Source of the DNA: Acidimicrobiia bacterium
Lineage (GTDB): Bacteria > Actinomycetota > Acidimicrobiia > Acidimicrobiales > JANYDT01
Length of the DNA stretch: 64,000 bases
Assembly: GCA_031429095.1 (NCBI GenBank)
Contig: JANOYY010000091.1
Span: 9,370-73,369, forward strand
Direction: 5' to 3'
In this document: positions 61,734 through 64,000 of the stretch, piece by piece
Numbering within the stretch: position 1 is the stretch's first letter
Layout of the letters: each line of letters opens with the position of its first letter
Position numbers and translations under genes: made by a program
The notes under the pieces: model-generated
Databases searched by the model: none
The model's input: only the letters and a program-made list of their open reading frames with translations
What the model was told of the DNA's origin: nothing

Positions 61734-62173
61734 TATTTCTTTGGCCGTGTGACGGCGGGGTTGCCCTCCGTCCACATTTGAATAAGCGATCGTTTTGCGA
61801 TTCGCCACCCGACGGCAGTGCGGACGAGATCGTCTTCGTAACGCCCGGCGAAAATGAAGTTCGGTCCTCCTTCCGCGGCCTTGCGAACATGTTGTGCCTG
61901 CAAATAGCACCGAGAGGTTGCCCTGTCGCCGTCGACTTGGATCTGATGGTTGGAAATGAGGTGCTGACTGTCGTCAAGTGGGTTCAGCGACCCCGAGACC
62001 TTGCCGATGATGGCATCAATCCCGGTAAGGGGGAGTCCGGCGACGTTGAATGTCGCGTCGGGCAGGAATACGTTGTGCAGTCGATCGAACTCTCGCCGGT
62101 CGAGCGCCCAGGTGTATTCGATGGTCAGGTCCGTGATCGCCATACGATCAGCAAACGCATCATACGTGCTCAT
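61733..62173 (-). CDS. SnoaL-like / NTF2-fold protein, paralog of 15732..16127
   Basis: ATG 62173 overlaps the upstream SDR stop (ATGA). MSTYDAFADRMAITDLTIEYTWALDRREFDRL... Confidence 0.7.
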   Translation of the reverse strand: MSTYDAFADRMAITDLTIEYTWALDRREFDRLHNVFLPDATFNVAGLPLTGIDAIIGKVSGSLNPLDDSQHLISNHQIQVDGDRATSRCYLQAQHVRKAAEGGPNFIFAGRYEDDLVRTAVGWRIAKRSLIQMWTEGNPAVTRPKK

Positions 62174-62973
62174 ATTAATCCCCATCCTCCTTCGACGCCG
62201 ATCGTCTGACCAGTAATGTAGGACGCAGCGTCGGAAGCAAGGAACAGCACCGCGTTGCCAATGTCTTCAGGTGTCCCGGGCCGCCCGAGGGGGACGTTCG
62301 CCGAACGCTTCTGCATGAGTGGGCCCATGAGGCCGGTCTTGGAGCCCGGCGACCAGACGGGAGGGAGCTCCCCGGATCGCTTCTTCTGAAGTGTCGGAAC
62401 GGGAACGACGCCGGGGTTGATGCCGTTTACCCGAATCCCATACGGGCTCAAGTCGACAGCCAGAGAACGCGTGAAGTGGATGACTGCAGCCTTGGCCGTG
62501 TCGTACCCCACGCCAAGGCAGGGAAGGAGGCCGTCGACCGACGCGATATTGACGATCGACCCTCCGCGTTCCTGCGCGGCCATTTGCGTCGCAACGGACT
62601 TGGAGCAGTTGAACACAGTGACCAGATTGAGGTCGATGGAACGATGCCAGGACTCGTGCGTTTGATCGAGGATGCTGCCGGACTCGTGGTAGCTGCCGGC
62701 GTTGTTCACGAGAATGTCGATGCCGCGACCTGTCGCCAATGCGTCGACGAATGCCTGGATCGCGGCGGTGTCGGTGACGTCGACTCGATGGGCCTCACCT
62801 CCGACCTGGCCGGCAACTCGGGTCGCTCCGTCCATTTCGACGTCGAGAACATGAACATATGCTCCAGCCGCAGCAAGAACCTTGGCGATGCCTTCACCGA
62901 TGCCCGTTGCTGCACCGGTCACGACAGCGATGCGGCCATCGAGGCTGAACAAATCTGAAATCTTCTGCTCCAT
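62170..62973 (-). CDS. SDR
   Basis: Inside ORF 62170..63141, start at ATG 62973 (MEQKISDLFSLDGRIAVVTGAATGIG). Active-site region YDTAKAAV (YxxxK). Confidence 0.85.
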   Translation of the reverse strand: MEQKISDLFSLDGRIAVVTGAATGIGEGIAKVLAAAGAYVHVLDVEMDGATRVAGQVGGEAHRVDVTDTAAIQAFVDALATGRGIDILVNNAGSYHESGSILDQTHESWHRSIDLNLVTVFNCSKSVATQMAAQERGGSIVNIASVDGLLPCLGVGYDTAKAAVIHFTRSLAVDLSPYGIRVNGINPGVVPVPTLQKKRSGELPPVWSPGSKTGLMGPLMQKRSANVPLGRPGTPEDIGNAVLFLASDAASYITGQTIGVEGGWGLI

Positions 62974-63077
62974 GACCATCTTTCTGCGGAATCGGCGACG
63001 AATTGATCGTCCAGTTAGTATGCCGGGCGTCAGTGTCGCGAACCCACTCGGTTCGTCCAAGAAGGGAAATCTTTTCC

Positions 63078-63857
63078 ATGGGAGTTCTAGAAGGCAAGGT
63101 CGCATGCGTGACCGGAGGAACGCGCGGCATCGGCCGAGCAATCGCCGATGCGTTCGCCAAGGAAGGCGCCAAGGTTGTCATCAACGGACGTGACCCGGTG
63201 AAGGGCCGGGCGACCCTCGACGAGCTCAACCACGGCACACTCGTCCACTTCGTTCAGGGCGACGTGACGTTGCGTGAGGACTGCGAACGAATCATCGACG
63301 AAACGGTCAAGCATTTCGGTCGCATCGACATCCTCGTGTCGAATGCCGGCGGAGCCGAAAATCATGCCCCCGTCGCCGATCTCACCGATGAGGCTATGCA
63401 GGGCGCACTGGTCTGGAACTTCTGGCACACCTTCTGGACGATGCGCCGAGCGCTCAAGTACATGATCCCGCAGGCTTCGGGCCGGATCATGACCATGTCA
63501 TCGGTCGAGGGCAAGGCAGGTAAACCGGGCATCTCGACTTACGTCGCCTCCAAGCATGCGATCAACGGTCTCACGAAGTCTGCGGCCAAGGAAGTGGGCA
63601 CCCTTGGAATCACGGTGAACGCGTTGTGCCCGGGCGCCATCGAGACCGACGTGATGATGGCCCAGGGGCCCAGTGCCGCGGCGGCCATGGGTATCTCCTA
63701 TGAGGAACTGCTGGGTGCTTTCGCGAGCGAAGCAGCGATCAAGAAGCTCAATGAGGTCGAAGACGTTGCCAACGTGGCAGTGCTTCTTGCTTCCGACGCC
63801 GGCGCCGGGATCACTGGCGCAATGATCTCCATCGATGGCGGAACGTCGCCGTACTGA
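63078..63857 (+). CDS. SDR (3-oxoacyl-ACP-reductase-like)
   Basis: Inside ORF 63003..63857, start at ATG 63078 (MGVLEGKVACVTGGTRGIG). Active-site region YVASKHAI (YxxxK). Confidence 0.85.
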   Translation: MGVLEGKVACVTGGTRGIGRAIADAFAKEGAKVVINGRDPVKGRATLDELNHGTLVHFVQGDVTLREDCERIIDETVKHFGRIDILVSNAGGAENHAPVADLTDEAMQGALVWNFWHTFWTMRRALKYMIPQASGRIMTMSSVEGKAGKPGISTYVASKHAINGLTKSAAKEVGTLGITVNALCPGAIETDVMMAQGPSAAAAMGISYEELLGAFASEAAIKKLNEVEDVANVAVLLASDAGAGITGAMISIDGGTSPY

Positions 63858-63921
63858 GCACGACGCTCGCCTTCAAAAATTTCAACGATACGAACACGGA
63901 AACAAGGGAACAAGAGGAATC

Positions 63922-64000
63922 ATGGGAAAGCTAGATGGAAAAATTGCCTGCATCACGGGCGGTACACGAAGCATCGGTCGAGCGATGGCTGAAGCATTCT
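63922..64000 (+). CDS. SDR, N-terminal fragment (continues beyond the window); tandem paralog of 63078..63857
   Basis: ATG 63922 gives MGKLDGKIACITGGTRSIGRAMAEAF, nearly the same N-terminus as the preceding gene. Confidence 0.7.
   Translation, partial: MGKLDGKIACITGGTRSIGRAMAEAF

Noticed and set aside
1-64000. Mobile elements, prophage, integrative island or defence system
   Set aside because: No transposase, integrase, recombinase, terminal inverted repeats, tRNA attachment site, restriction/Cas/toxin-like genes or long dispersed repeats were recognised. The only compositionally odd patches are short, AT-richer promoter regions.

Overview
64-kb, high-GC (judged by eye, not computed), gene-dense chromosomal segment. 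Actinobacterial hallmarks: a mycothiol-type DinB/MDMPI protein, LLM-type oxidoreductases, DUF35 plus SCPx-thiolase pairs, an ABC sugar operon without its own ATPase, and pervasive ATGA/GTGA start-stop overlaps. I call about 66 protein-coding genes or gene remnants. I found no rRNA, tRNA, CRISPR array, transposase, integrase or phage gene.

Content:
(1) Many paralogous lipid, alicyclic or aromatic-acid catabolic genes: 3 AMP-dependent acyl-CoA synthetases, 2 DUF35+thiolase pairs, about 10 SDRs, a Baeyer-Villiger monooxygenase, a Rieske oxygenase, an LLM oxidoreductase, a family III CoA-transferase, a crotonase and SnoaL-like proteins.
(2) A sugar locus: LacI regulator, SBP plus 2 permeases, a GH13 alpha-glucosidase, and a translationally coupled ThuA / Gfo-Idh-MocA / enolase-superfamily triad. 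It is split by a compact sulfate-assimilation operon (TauE-like, cysH, cysD, cysN).
(3) Two unusual secreted repeat proteins.

Most notable observations:
- Gene decay is concentrated between about 17 and 41 kb. It includes a multi-hit sulfatase pseudogene, a frameshifted LigI-like hydrolase, and two genes collapsed in frame to mini-ORFs that still keep tight coupling to the downstream gene.
- Long perfect palindromes suggest a LacI regulon with a composite promoter. A second, different LacI-type operator sits at the glucosidase, and an 18-bp operator candidate lies between a divergent fadD-like gene and the Rieske oxygenase cluster.
- An orphan Rieske-centred catabolic cluster has no electron-transfer partners.
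- Several perfect short tandem duplications occur in non-coding DNA.

I did not find a clear-cut novel multi-gene system such as a defence system; the candidates above are the best leads. All functional calls come from motif recognition by eye and need HMM or BLAST confirmation.
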